64,000 nucleotides of DNA from positions 224,001-288,000 of the forward strand of contig CAWKHF010000002.1 in NCBI GenBank assembly GCA_963849325.1. The letters run 5' to 3'. Of the stretch, positions 46,107 through 56,360 are shown one piece after another. Position numbers and translations under genes: made by a program. A model generated the notes under the pieces. The model was not told the DNA's origin and ran no database searches. It was given only the letters and a program-made list of their open reading frames with translations. The stretch is from an uncultured Planctomycetota bacterium (lineage in GTDB: Bacteria > Planctomycetota > Planctomycetia > Gemmatales > Gemmataceae). Numbering within the stretch: position 1 is the first letter of the stretch; every line of letters begins with the position of its first letter.

Positions 46107-46603
46107 CGTTTGCAGACATCGCGGCTGGCCTGGATGTCTTTCTCGACGCCAACATCTTCGTTTATTATGCCGAGCCGCATCCAACGTTCGGGCCGGCCTG
46201 TCAGCAACTGTTGCTCCGGATCGAAAACAAGGAAATTCAAGGTTTCACCTCATCCGCCATCCTCAGTTCCGTGGTTCACCGCGTTATGACGTTGGAGGCG
46301 GTAGCTGTTTTTCAGCGCTCGATGCAAGGCATCGTCAGTTGGCTCAAGCGACACCCTACCGAGATACAGCGATTGTCCCATCACAAACAGGTTGTAGACG
46401 ATCTTTCCCTCTTCGGCATTCAGGTGCTGCCCGTAACTTCTCCTCAGGTATCTCTCGCGGCCGACCTCAGTTCGCAGTTCGGTATCCTGACCGACGACGC
46501 CCTCGTTGTCTCCGTCATGCGGCACCATGGCTTGCAAGCGCTGGCCAGCCACGACGCCGACTTCGACCGTGTGTCGGGATTGACCCGCTACGCTCCCGTT
46601 TAG
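46103..46603 (+). CDS. PIN-domain (VapC-like) toxin
   Basis: VFLDANIFVY, DDAL, ASHDADF. Confidence 0.88.
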   Translation: MTFADIAAGLDVFLDANIFVYYAEPHPTFGPACQQLLLRIENKEIQGFTSSAILSSVVHRVMTLEAVAVFQRSMQGIVSWLKRHPTEIQRLSHHKQVVDDLSLFGIQVLPVTSPQVSLAADLSSQFGILTDDALVVSVMRHHGLQALASHDADFDRVSGLTRYAPV

Positions 46604-46641
46604 GACGTTCTCCTCTTACGTTCCTCGTTGCGAAGCACCCC

Positions 46642-48080
46642 ATGACTACCTCCAGCACGACCGTCCTGATCGACCGCCTCCGCGCCATCGTCGGCCGCGA
46701 CGCCATCCTGACCTCGCCCAGCGAGCTTGCTCGTCTACGAGTGCGACGGCTTCACCATCGAGAAGAACAAGCCCGACGTGGTCGTCTTCCCGACCACGAC
46801 CGAGCAGGTCGTGCAGATCGTCCAGGCCTGCAACGAGCTGGACGTGCCGTTCCTGCCGCGCGGCGCCGGCACCAGCCTGGCCGGCGGCTGCCTGCCGGTC
46901 GGCGGCGGCGTCATGATTGCTCTGTCGCGGATGAAACGCATCCTCGAAGTCGATTACCGCAACCGCTACGCCGTCGTCGAGCCGGGCGTCGTCAACCTCT
47001 GGCTGACCAACCACCTCAAGGCCGCACGGCTACCACTTCGCCCCGGACCCGTCCAGCCAGGGCGCCTGCACCATCGGCGGCAACGTCGCCACCAACTCCG
47101 GCGGGCCGCACACCCTCAAGTACGGCGTCACCGTCAACCACGTCCTCGGCGTCGAGATCGTCCTGCCCGACGGCCGGGTCGTTCGCACCGGCGGGCCGGC
47201 CGAGGACAATCCCGGCTACGACCTGACCGGCGTCATCGTCGGCTCGGAGGGCACCTTCGGCATCGCCACCAAGGCGTGGGTGCGCATCACGCGCAACCCG
47301 GAGGCGTACCGCACGCTGCTCGGCGTCTTCGAGACGGTGGACGACGCCACCAACACCATCAGCGACCTCATCGGCGCCGGCATCGTCCCGGCGGCCCTGG
47401 AGATGCTCGACACGCTCATCCTGCAAGCGGTCGAGGCGGCGTTTCACTTCGGCTTTCCGCTCGACGCCGGCGCCGTGCTCATCATGGAGGTGGACGGCCT
47501 GGAGGCCGGCCTGGACGACGAGGCCGAGCGCATCACGGCCATCGCCAGGAAGAACCACGCCCGCGAGGTGCGGCGAGCGGCCACCGACGCCGAACGGCTG
47601 CTGTTGTGGAAGTCGCGCAAGCAGGCGTTCGGCGCCGTCGGCCGGCTGGCGCCGAGCTACTGCACCCAGGACGGCGTCGTGCCGCGCACGCAGCTGCCGC
47701 ACATCCTCCGCGAGATCCAGCGCATCGGCGAGAAATACGATCTGCGCATCTGCAACGTCTTCCACGCCGGCGACGGCAACATTCACCCGATCCTGCTGTT
47801 CGACGAACGCGACGCCGACCAGGTGCGGCGCGTGCTGGCGGCCAGCCACGAGATCCTCGACGAGTGCATCCGCGTCGGCGGCAGCGTCACCGGCGAGCAC
47901 GGCATCGGCGTCGAGAAAATCGACTTCATGCCGAAGCTGTTCACGCCGGAAGATTTGGGGATGATGTTGCGATTGCGAGCCGCGTTCAACCCGGAGGGCC
48001 GGTGCAGCCCGCGCAAGATGCTGCCGACGGCCGGCGCCTGCATCGAGCCGAGCAAGGCCGGCCGGCATGCGGCACTGTGA
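46642..48080 (+). CDS. glcD: Glycolate oxidase subunit GlcD-like FAD oxidase; frameshifts near 46728 and 47027
   Basis: PRGAGTSLAGG, APDPSSQ, GSEGTFG, HAGDGNIHP, TGEHGIGVEK. Confidence 0.9.
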
Positions 48081-48131
48081 ACAACCGGCGGAGTTGGAAC
48101 CGCTCATCTATTCTTCCGCGAGGAGATGCTC

Positions 48132-48600
48132 ATGTGCGACATCATCATGCTCATTTTCGGCATCATCACCCTGATACGGGGGAAGTTCCTCCTCACCCGT
48201 GCCAAGGAGGTCCGCGGCGTCCCGCGCGGATCATCGGCGCTGTCCTGATACTACCTTGGCCGTTGGCGTTCGTACTGGGTGCTGCGCTGGGCCTGGTGAT
48301 GGGGAGCATGGGTAAAGATGTCGAGGACATGAAATCGGCTGGGATGATCCTGGGCATCGCCGTTACGGGGGCTGCTTCGTCGCCGCCATCGTCATCGCTC
48401 TGTTCACGGCCAAGCCGGTTGTTAAAGAGCCCTCCGGTCGTAGGCGAAACGTGCTGATCGACGAGGAATTGCCCGAGGAATATGCGGATCGTTTTCGTCC
48501 CGGCGCCGCCAGCGGCAATGCCAGCCGAGCTGAGAGCGAGGACATCACCGAGCGGAAACTTCGGCCGGAGCAGCAGCCCGACGATCGCATCCGAGAATAA
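48132..48600 (+). CDS. Small hypothetical membrane protein (about 3 TM helices + charged tail); frameshifts near 48222 and 48372
   Basis: GAGGAG RBS; reconstructed MCDIIMLIFGIITLIRGKF..RIIGAVLILP..FVAAIVIALF..DDRIRE*. Confidence 0.6.
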
Positions 48601-49898
48601 ATGGACGTCGGACAGACATCATTCGGAGAATGGGCCATCGTGGAAGAGAATGCCTGTTCCATCGACGACTTCGGTCCCCTGCCGATCGTCCGGCCGAGCA
48701 GCATCGCCGAGGTCGGCGACCTCGTCCGCCGTGCTGACGCCGAGGGACAGGCTCTCTATCCGCTGGGCGGCCGAACGCTGCTCGGCGTCGGCCTGCCGCC
48801 GACGCGGCCCGGCTACGGCAGTCGATCTGCGTGGCCTGTCGCAAGTCCTCGATTATCCGGCCCGCGACATGACCATCACCGTGCAGGCGGGCATCACCCT
48901 CGCCGAGCTGCAATCCCTGCTGGCACGGGAGAACCAACGGCTGCCGATCGACGTGCCGCGGCCGGAACAGGCCACCCTCGGCGGCGCTCTGGCGGTCAAT
49001 GTCAGCGGATCGCGCCGCCTCGGCTTCGGCACGCTGCGCGATTACGTCATCGGCATCAGCACCGTCAACGACGAGGGCCACGAGACCAAGGCCGGCGGTC
49101 GCGTCGTCAAGAATGTGGCCGGCTACGATCTGTGCAAGCTGCACGTCGGGGCATTGGGCACACTCGGCATCATCACGCAGGTCACGCTCAAGCTGCGGCC
49201 ACTGCCCGAGGCGCGGGCACTCCTCACCTTCGGCTGCGAAACCGCGGCGCTGGGCCGTCTGCTCGACCAGCTGCACCAGCTCGCGCACCCGACCCGTCTG
49301 CGTGGACGTGCTCAACCGCGCGGCGGCGAATCGTCTCGCCGGCCAGACGGGGGTGGATCTGCCCGAGGCGCCGTGGTTGCTCGTGACGGGATTCGAGGAC
49401 AACGGCGAGGCGGTCGGCTGGCAGGTGCGGCAGTTGCTCCAGGAGATCAAGCCCGCCGACATTCAGGGGCTGGAAGCGCGGGCCGGCGATGCCGGCGAAC
49501 CGTTGTGGCACGGTCTCGTGGAATTCACGGCCCCTCCCCCGGAGGGTCTGACGTTCAAGGCCAACCTCTTACCACAGGCGGTCGCCTCCTTCTGCCAGCA
49601 GGCGGCGACGTTGCCCGAGCCGATCCGTCTGCACGCCCACGCCGGCTCGGGCATCGTTCGCGGACAGTTCGACGGCGACTTGACCTTGCCGCGCGTCGCC
49701 GCCATGCTGAAAGAACTGACCGATACGGCCGTCCGCGCCGAGGGCAATCTCGTCCTGCCGAGGTGCCCCGTGCCATGGAAGCGCGAACTCCCCGTCTGGG
49801 GACGCGAGCGCGGCGACCTCTGGCTAATGCGTCAAGTGAAGGAAAAACTTGACCCGCGCCGCCTGTTCAACCCCGGCCGTTTCGTCGGAGGGATTTGA
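48601..49898 (+). CDS. glcE: Glycolate oxidase subunit GlcE-like; frameshifts near 48820 and 49280
   Basis: DMTITVQAG, ATLGG, GGRVVKNVAGYDL, KLDPRRLFNPGRF. Confidence 0.88.
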
Positions 49899-49927
49899 GA
49901 CGGCCGGGCATTCGGATAGCGAGATTC

Positions 49928-51266
49928 ATGAACACCACCGTGGAAAGGCAGCGCACCACTTTGCCGGTCGTTACCGGCGGTTCCCAGCACGGGCGCAACA
50001 TCGACTACGAGCTGTTCATGGACTGCGTTCACTGCGGTCTGTGCCTGGGTTCGTGTCCCACTTACGTCGAGACCGGCAACGAGAACGACAGTCCACGCGG
50101 CCGGATTTACCTGTGGCGGGCCGTCACGGACGGTCGAACCGAGCTGAGCGACGAGGTACGGCGGCATCTCGACCTGTGCCTGGAGTGCCTGGCCTGCGAG
50201 ACCGCCTGTCCCTCCGGCGTGCAGTATCGCCACATCATCGGCTCGTACAAGAAGGACGTGGCTGGTCTCGGCCCGGTCTTTCCAACGCTGAACGCCGTGC
50301 AGCGTTGGACGTTGTTCCATCTGACGCCGTACGCTCGTCGCATGCGCTGGGCGCTGGCCCCGGTACGGCTGATGCAGCGTCTGGGACTCGGCGGCCGTGG
50401 TGCGCGGCATGAGCCGGCTGCTGCCGCCGTCGCTGCGGCGCATGCAGGAGATTGTGCCGCGGCTGGCACCGCACTACGGTCGGCTGCCCGAGTTCCTCCC
50501 AGCCGAGGGCCGGCGGCGGGCGCGCGTCGTTCTGTTCGTCGGTTGCGCCGCCGACGCCTTCTTTCCGCAAACGACGCTGGCCACGGCGCGGGTGCTGCAG
50601 CGCAACGGCTGCGATGTGTGGGTGCCGCGTACGCAGGGCTGTTGCGGTGCCCTGCACGAACATGCCGGCCTGGTCGAGCCGGCCCGTCGGTTTGCCTCCG
50701 CTAACTGTGCCGCCTTTGGGCAACAACTCGCCGAGGTCGATGCCATTATCAACAACGCCGGCGGCTGCGGTCCGGTGCTCAAGGAGTATGGCCATCTGCT
50801 GGAAAAGACGCCGGACGCCGCTGTCGCCGCTTCGTTCGCCGCCAAGGTGCGCGACATCAGCGAATTCCTCGTCGAGCTGGGACCGATCGCCCCGCAGCAC
50901 CCGCTGAAGATCCGGGCGACCTACCACGACGCCTGTGGACTCAGCCACGCCCAGAAGATTCGTCAGCCGCCGCGCCAGCTGCTGGAGATGATTCCCGGCC
51001 TGCAACTGGTCCCGCTCGCCGAGAGTGAATTCTGCTGCGGCGCGGCCGGAAGTTACAACCTGACGCAGCCGGAGATGTCGCGGCAGCTCGGCGAGCGCAA
51101 GGCGCGGAACATCGTCAAAACCGAGGCCCGCGCCGTCTTCACCGGCAACGTCGGCTGCCTGCTTCAAATCGCCCGCCATCTACGCGAACAGCATCCGGAC
51201 ATCTGGGTAGCCCACCCTATTGACGCCCTATGGGCCAGTTACAGCGGCGAAACGCCAATACAATGA
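49928..51266 (+). CDS. glcF: Glycolate oxidase Fe-S subunit GlcF; frameshift near 50395
   Basis: CVHCGLC...CPT, CLECLACETACPSGV, two CCG domains. Confidence 0.92.
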
Positions 51267-51345
51267 ACCACAGATGCACACAGATGAACACGGATAAAGA
51301 AAAAGATTGGTTTTCATCCGTGTTTATCTGTGTTCATCCGTGGTT
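51266..51345. repeat. Inverted repeat of 10-nt units (AACCACAGATG-CACACAGATG-AACACGGAT ... ATCCGTGTTT-ATCTGTGTTC-ATCCGTGGTT)
   Basis: Seen directly; related to 1048-1131. Confidence 0.88.
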
Positions 51346-51366
51346 AATTTCTTTGTGAGGAGTATC

Positions 51367-52245
51367 ATGCACATTCACGGCATCATTCCGCCCGTCGCCA
51401 CGCCCATGCAGGCCAACGAAGACCTCGACCTGCCGCGTTTGAAGTGGTTTATCGACCACCTCATCGCCAACGGCGTCCACGGCATTTTCGTGCTCGGCAC
51501 CAACAGCGAGTTCTACGCCCTGGACGAACGCGAGAAGCAGGAAGTCATCGCCACGGCGGTTGCCCACGTCAACAAGCGCGTGCCCGTTTATGCCGGCACC
51601 GGCGCCGAGACGACGCGCGAGGTCGTGCGCCTGACGAAGATGGCCGAGCGCGAGGGCGCCGACGGCGTCTCGGTCATCACGCCGTACTTCATCAGTCCGA
51701 CGCAGCAGGAGATTTACGACCATTATCGCCGCATCGCCGAGCACACGCGGCTGCCGGTGATCCTGTACAACAACCCCGGCACCTGCGGCGGCGTCAAGAT
51801 CGACGTGGATACCGTGGTCCGCCTGGCGGAGATTCCCAACATCCTGGCCATCAAGGATTCCAGCGGCGACTTGCAGAACACCAACGAGATGATCCGGGCC
51901 GTGCCGCCGCGCTTCTCCGTGCTCATGGGCCGCGACACGCTCATCTTCTCGGCCTTGATGTTCGGCGCGCGGGGGGCGGTGCCGGCGACGGGCAACATCG
52001 CCCCGGCCCTGCTGGCGGAGATTTACAACGCCTTCCAGCGCGGCGACCTGGAGGCGTCGAAGGCGGCGCAGCTGCGGCTCAATCCGCTGCGGCTGGCGCT
52101 CGCCCTGGGTACGGCCCCCGGCGCCGTCAAGGCGGCGTTGCAAGTGTTGGGTCTGTCGATTGGGCCGTGTCGTTCGCCGGTGTCGGGATTGTTGGCCGAT
52201 AAACTACCGAAGATGCGTGCGGCCCTGGAGGCCGCGGGGTTATGA
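51367..52245 (+). CDS. DapA/N-acetylneuraminate-lyase-family aldolase
   Basis: GTNSEF, ILYNNP, IKDSSGD (Schiff-base Lys). Confidence 0.88.
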   Translation: MHIHGIIPPVATPMQANEDLDLPRLKWFIDHLIANGVHGIFVLGTNSEFYALDEREKQEVIATAVAHVNKRVPVYAGTGAETTREVVRLTKMAEREGADGVSVITPYFISPTQQEIYDHYRRIAEHTRLPVILYNNPGTCGGVKIDVDTVVRLAEIPNILAIKDSSGDLQNTNEMIRAVPPRFSVLMGRDTLIFSALMFGARGAVPATGNIAPALLAEIYNAFQRGDLEASKAAQLRLNPLRLALALGTAPGAVKAALQVLGLSIGPCRSPVSGLLADKLPKMRAALEAAGL

Positions 52246-52263
52246 GCGAACACGTGTTTGTTG

Positions 52264-52337
52264 TCCGAGCCTGAAGCGTAAGCGAAGAGCACGGCAACCT
52301 TCGGTTGCCGTTCCTTCGCTTACGCTTCAGGCTCGGA
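52264..52337. repeat. REP-like palindrome (CCGAGCCTGAAGCGTAAGCGAAG type)
   Basis: Long inverted repeat with an inner hairpin. Confidence 0.85.
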
Positions 52338-52349
52338 GGAGATCCTGAC

Positions 52350-53276
52350 GTGAAACTGGGTTTCGTCAGCGCCATTCTGCCCGAGCAAAGTCTCGAACAG
52401 GTTCTGCGCTTCGCCGCCGACATCGGCTACGATTGCGTCGAGCTGATGTGCTGGCCGGTCAGCAAGGCGGAGCGCCGCTACGCTGGCGTCACGCACCTGG
52501 ACGCGACCGACTTCCGCGACACCGACGCCGAGCGCGTCCGGCGTCTGAACGCCGAGACCGGCGTGTCGATCAGCGGATTGGGCTACTACCCTAATCCGTT
52601 GGCGCCCGATGAAGACGAATCGCGGCGGGCCGTTGAACATCTTCGCGCCGTGATCCGCGCCGCCGCCCGGCTCGGCGTGCCGCAGGTCAACACCTTCATC
52701 GGCCGCGATGGGAAAAAGTCGGTGGACGAAAACTGGTCGCGCTTTCTCAACGTGTGGCGGCCGCTCGTCGGCTTCGCCGAGGAGCAACGAGTGCACATCG
52801 GCATCGAAAACTGTCCGATGCTGTTCACGGCAGACGAATGGCCCGGCGGCAAGAACCTGGCGACGTCGCCGGCCATCTGGCGGCGCATGTTCCAGGACAT
52901 CCCCAGCCCCAACTTCGGACTCAATTTCGATCCCTCGCACCTGGTCTGGCAGCACATGGACTACGTGCGGCCGCTGCGCGAGTTCCGCGATCGCCTCTTC
53001 CACGTCCATGCCAAGGACGCGCGGGTGGACCGCCATCGCCTCGATGATGCCGGTATCCTGGCCGTGCCGCTGGAGTATCACACGCCGAAGTTGCCCGGCC
53101 TGGGCGACGTCGATTGGGGAGCGTTTTTCTCGGCCCTCAACGAGGCCGGGTATCGCGGCCCCGTGTGCGTCGAGGTCGAGGACCGCGCCTACGAAGGTTC
53201 GCTGGAGTCGCGGTGGGCGGCGCTGCGCCAGAGCCTGACGTATCTACGCAACTTCGTGCCGGTGCGCCGCGACTGA
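52350..53276 (+). CDS. Sugar-phosphate isomerase/epimerase
   Basis: GGAGG RBS + GTG; GIENCPM, FDPSH, HVHAKD, VEVED. Confidence 0.88.
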   Translation: MKLGFVSAILPEQSLEQVLRFAADIGYDCVELMCWPVSKAERRYAGVTHLDATDFRDTDAERVRRLNAETGVSISGLGYYPNPLAPDEDESRRAVEHLRAVIRAAARLGVPQVNTFIGRDGKKSVDENWSRFLNVWRPLVGFAEEQRVHIGIENCPMLFTADEWPGGKNLATSPAIWRRMFQDIPSPNFGLNFDPSHLVWQHMDYVRPLREFRDRLFHVHAKDARVDRHRLDDAGILAVPLEYHTPKLPGLGDVDWGAFFSALNEAGYRGPVCVEVEDRAYEGSLESRWAALRQSLTYLRNFVPVRRD

Positions 53277-53309
53277 GAGATGATTCATCCCCTTATCGGA
53301 GTGCTGAGG

Positions 53310-54038
53310 GTGGACTATCGCTACGAAGACATCGCCAAGATGATCGACCACTCGCTGCTGAACCCAACGCTGACAGCGGCCGATCTGGAGGCGGGGTGCC
53401 GCCTGGCGTTGACCTACGACGTGGCGAGCGTCTGCGTCCTGCCGTATTACCTGAAGCGATGCGGACAGCTCCTTCGCGGCAGCACGGTGAAGGCCAGCAC
53501 GACGGTCGGTTTCCCACACGGCGGCCACACGACGGCGGTAAAGCGGGCCGAGGCCGAGCAAGCCCTGGCCGACGGCTGTCAGGAACTGGACATGGTTGTG
53601 AACATCAGCCAGGTGTTGAGCGGCGTGTGGGATTACGTCCGCGACGACATCCGCGCGGTGATCGACGTCGCCCACGCCGCCGGGCAGAAGGTGAAGGTCA
53701 TCTTCGAGAACTGTTACCTGCGGGATGAACACAAGGTCCGGCTGTGCCAGCTGTGCAGCGACGTGAACGCCGACTGGGTGAAGACCTCGACCGGCTACGC
53801 CAGCGGCGGAGCGACGATGGACGACTTGCGGTTGATGCGCCAGCACGCGGCGCCGCACGTTCAGGTCAAGGCCGCCGGCGGTGTGCGCGACCTCGACACG
53901 CTGCTGCAAGTGCGAGCGCTGGGCGTCTCACGGGTCGGGGCCAGCCGTACCCGCGAAATGCTCGACGAATGCCGCTGCCGGCTTGGACTGCCCGCGCTCG
54001 CCTCTACCACGGCCGGCGTCGGCAGCATGGGCTATTAA
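53310..54038 (+). CDS. deoC: Deoxyribose-phosphate aldolase
   Basis: IDHSLL, VGFPHG, ELDMV, KVIFE, VKTSTG, VKAAGGVR. Confidence 0.93.
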   Translation: MDYRYEDIAKMIDHSLLNPTLTAADLEAGCRLALTYDVASVCVLPYYLKRCGQLLRGSTVKASTTVGFPHGGHTTAVKRAEAEQALADGCQELDMVVNISQVLSGVWDYVRDDIRAVIDVAHAAGQKVKVIFENCYLRDEHKVRLCQLCSDVNADWVKTSTGYASGGATMDDLRLMRQHAAPHVQVKAAGGVRDLDTLLQVRALGVSRVGASRTREMLDECRCRLGLPALASTTAGVGSMGY

Positions 54039-54074
54039 AGCGCCAGCGGCGAGGACTCTCGACACGGAGTTGAC

Positions 54075-55418
54075 ATGACCACCCCGCGCACGTGTCGGCT
54101 CGTCACGCTCGGTTGCAAGGTCAACCAGTACGAGACGCAGTACGTCAAGGAAACGCTGGAGTCCAACGGCTACGTCGAGGCGGCGGAGGGCCAGGACGCG
54201 GACCTGTGCGTCGTCAACACCTGCACTGTTACGGCCGAGGGCGACGCCAAGAGCCGGCAGGCGGTGCGTCGTCTGCATCAGGCGCATCCGCAAGCCGGCA
54301 TCGTGGTCATGGGCTGCTATGCCACGCGCGATCCGGACGCCGTCGGCCGTCTGCCCGGCGTCGTCAAGGTCGTCACCGACAAGACGCGACTCCTGGAGGA
54401 ACTGGGGCCGTTCGGCGTTCTTCACCCGATTGACGGCATCTCGCGTTTCGACGACCATCAGCGGGCCTTCGTCAAGGTGCAGGACGGTTGTCTGTTGAAT
54501 TGCAGTTACTGCATCATCCCCCACGTCCGCCCCGTGTTGCGCAGCCGGACGCCGGAGGAGATCGGCGCGGAAGTCGAGCGCCTGGTCGCCAACGGCTACC
54601 GCGAGGTCGTTCTGACGGGCATCCACCTGGGGCATTACGGCATCGATCTCAGCCGTGGCCAGCCGAAAGGTGAGTGGTGCCGCTTGTGGCACCTGCTCGA
54701 ACGGTTGGCCGGCCTGCCCGGCGACTTCCGCATTCGCCTCAGCAGCCTCGAAGCGGCCGAGGCGCGCGACGATCTGGTGCGCGTGCTGGCCGAACAGCCG
54801 CGTATCTGTCCTCACCTGCACCTGTGCCTGCAAAGCGGCTCCGACCGCATTCTGGCACGCATGAAGCGGCGCTACCGCAGCGGCGGCTTTCTCGAACGCT
54901 GCCGCCGTATCCGGGCGGCGCTCGACCAGCCCGCACTGACCACCGACGTCATCCTCGGCTTCCCCGGCGAGACCGACGCCGACTTCGAGGCGACCTGCCG
55001 CGTGGTGCGTGAGGCGGGTTTCGCGCGTCTGCATCTTTTTTCTTACAGTGCGCGTCAGGGGACCGAGGCGGCCGGCTGGCGCGAGACTGTGCCGCCGGTC
55101 GTGGTCGCCGAGCGGCGAGCGCGACTGCTGGAGATCGAACGCGAATTGATGACGGCTTACGGCCGCAGCCTGCTGGGCCGGCGCCTCGACGTTCTGGTCG
55201 AGGGGGCCGACCTGCGGCGGCCCGGCTTCGTGCGCGGCACGTCCTGTCGCTCGGTCCCGGTCGTCTGCCGCGGTCACGCCCCGGCCTTGATTCGCCGCCG
55301 CATCCCCGTGCGTGCCGTCGCCGTGTCCGACGGAGTCGTGCTGGGGGAAGCGGAATGCGGGGACATCGGGCCGTCCGAGCGCACGAGCGATAGGCGACTC
55401 ACGCTGCCGCTGATGTGA
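54075..55418 (+). CDS. mtaB: tRNA t6A methylthiotransferase
   Basis: TLGCKVNQYE, NTCTVT, KVQDGC...CSYCIIP. Confidence 0.92.
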   Translation: MTTPRTCRLVTLGCKVNQYETQYVKETLESNGYVEAAEGQDADLCVVNTCTVTAEGDAKSRQAVRRLHQAHPQAGIVVMGCYATRDPDAVGRLPGVVKVVTDKTRLLEELGPFGVLHPIDGISRFDDHQRAFVKVQDGCLLNCSYCIIPHVRPVLRSRTPEEIGAEVERLVANGYREVVLTGIHLGHYGIDLSRGQPKGEWCRLWHLLERLAGLPGDFRIRLSSLEAAEARDDLVRVLAEQPRICPHLHLCLQSGSDRILARMKRRYRSGGFLERCRRIRAALDQPALTTDVILGFPGETDADFEATCRVVREAGFARLHLFSYSARQGTEAAGWRETVPPVVVAERRARLLEIERELMTAYGRSLLGRRLDVLVEGADLRRPGFVRGTSCRSVPVVCRGHAPALIRRRIPVRAVAVSDGVVLGEAECGDIGPSERTSDRRLTLPLM

Positions 55419-55537
55419 GGCCCGGCAGGCGCTTGACATCCGGAAGCGGAAGATTACGGTGAAGGGGTGCGAGGGGCTCGCAACAAACGGCGTCGAACGC
55501 TGCCGGGGTTACACCTCATCTCCGTGAGGGCCGAGAC

Positions 55538-55903
55538 ATGACGCGCCCCTACCGCCACATTGAAGTCGAACGCCGCGGCGAGGTCTTTTGCGTGCGGCTC
55601 CAGCAGACGCGAATGGACGAAGCGACGATTTATGAGTTAGTCGCCGAGCTGCGGCGACTGGTGACGGATGGAGGCTGTCGCCGGATGGCCCTGAGCCTTG
55701 GACCACAATCGCCGGAGTGCCTGTACAGCGTCTTCCTGGCCAAGCTGATCACCCTGCAGCGCGTGCTGCGCGAACACGGCGGCGAGTTGGTGCTGTGCCA
55801 CGTCCAGCCGGACGTGCGCAACATCTTCGCGGCGTGCTGCCTGGAGCAACTCTTCCAATTCCTGCCGGATTTCGAGGCCGCCGTCGCCCACGGGGCGAAG
55901 TGA
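55538..55903 (+). CDS. STAS-domain (anti-sigma antagonist-like) protein
   Basis: LYSVFLAKLITL..GGELVLC.V.P.V..IF pattern; TTGACA at 55433 upstream. Confidence 0.8.
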   Translation: MTRPYRHIEVERRGEVFCVRLQQTRMDEATIYELVAELRRLVTDGGCRRMALSLGPQSPECLYSVFLAKLITLQRVLREHGGELVLCHVQPDVRNIFAACCLEQLFQFLPDFEAAVAHGAK

Positions 55904-55920
55904 AACGGACGCGAGGTTTC

Positions 55921-56337
55921 ATGGTCTTTCAAGAACAGTTCACCGTCTCGACGCACGGTCACGGCGACATGCACGACCTCACCGAACAGGTGTCGGCGAT
56001 CGTCGCGCGGGCGAAGGTCCACCGTGGCCTCGTCCACGTCTTCAACATCGGCAGCACGGCGGCGGTGGGGACCATCGAGTTCGAGCCGGGACTGCGCCAG
56101 GATCTGCCGGCGATACTCGATCAATTAATGCCGCCCAGCCGCGACTACGGGCACGAGCAAACGTGGCACGACGGCAACGGCCATTCGCACTTGCAAGCGA
56201 CCGTGCTGGGTCCGGGGCTGACCGTGCCCATCGGCGATGGCGGACTGCTCCTGGGCACCTGGCAGCAGATCTTCCACCTGGAGTGCGACACCCGCCCACG
56301 GCAGCGCACCGTCGTCGTGACCGTTCTCGGCGAATGA
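55921..56337 (+). CDS. yjbQ: YjbQ/UPF0047 family protein
   Basis: GSTAA..IE.EP, NGHSHL, LGTWQQI. Confidence 0.9.
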   Translation: MVFQEQFTVSTHGHGDMHDLTEQVSAIVARAKVHRGLVHVFNIGSTAAVGTIEFEPGLRQDLPAILDQLMPPSRDYGHEQTWHDGNGHSHLQATVLGPGLTVPIGDGGLLLGTWQQIFHLECDTRPRQRTVVVTVLGE

Positions 56338-56360
56338 CGCGCGCCGGCGTCGGATGACCT

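Noticed and set aside
45310-48457. 638-aa and 576-aa plus-strand ORFs that look like fusions
   Set aside because: They thread through frameshifted glcD and neighbouring genes; only short segments are the true frame
51367-52245. Calling this gene dapA
   Set aside because: Substrate motif deviates (GTNSE) and the context is catabolic; left as a family-level call
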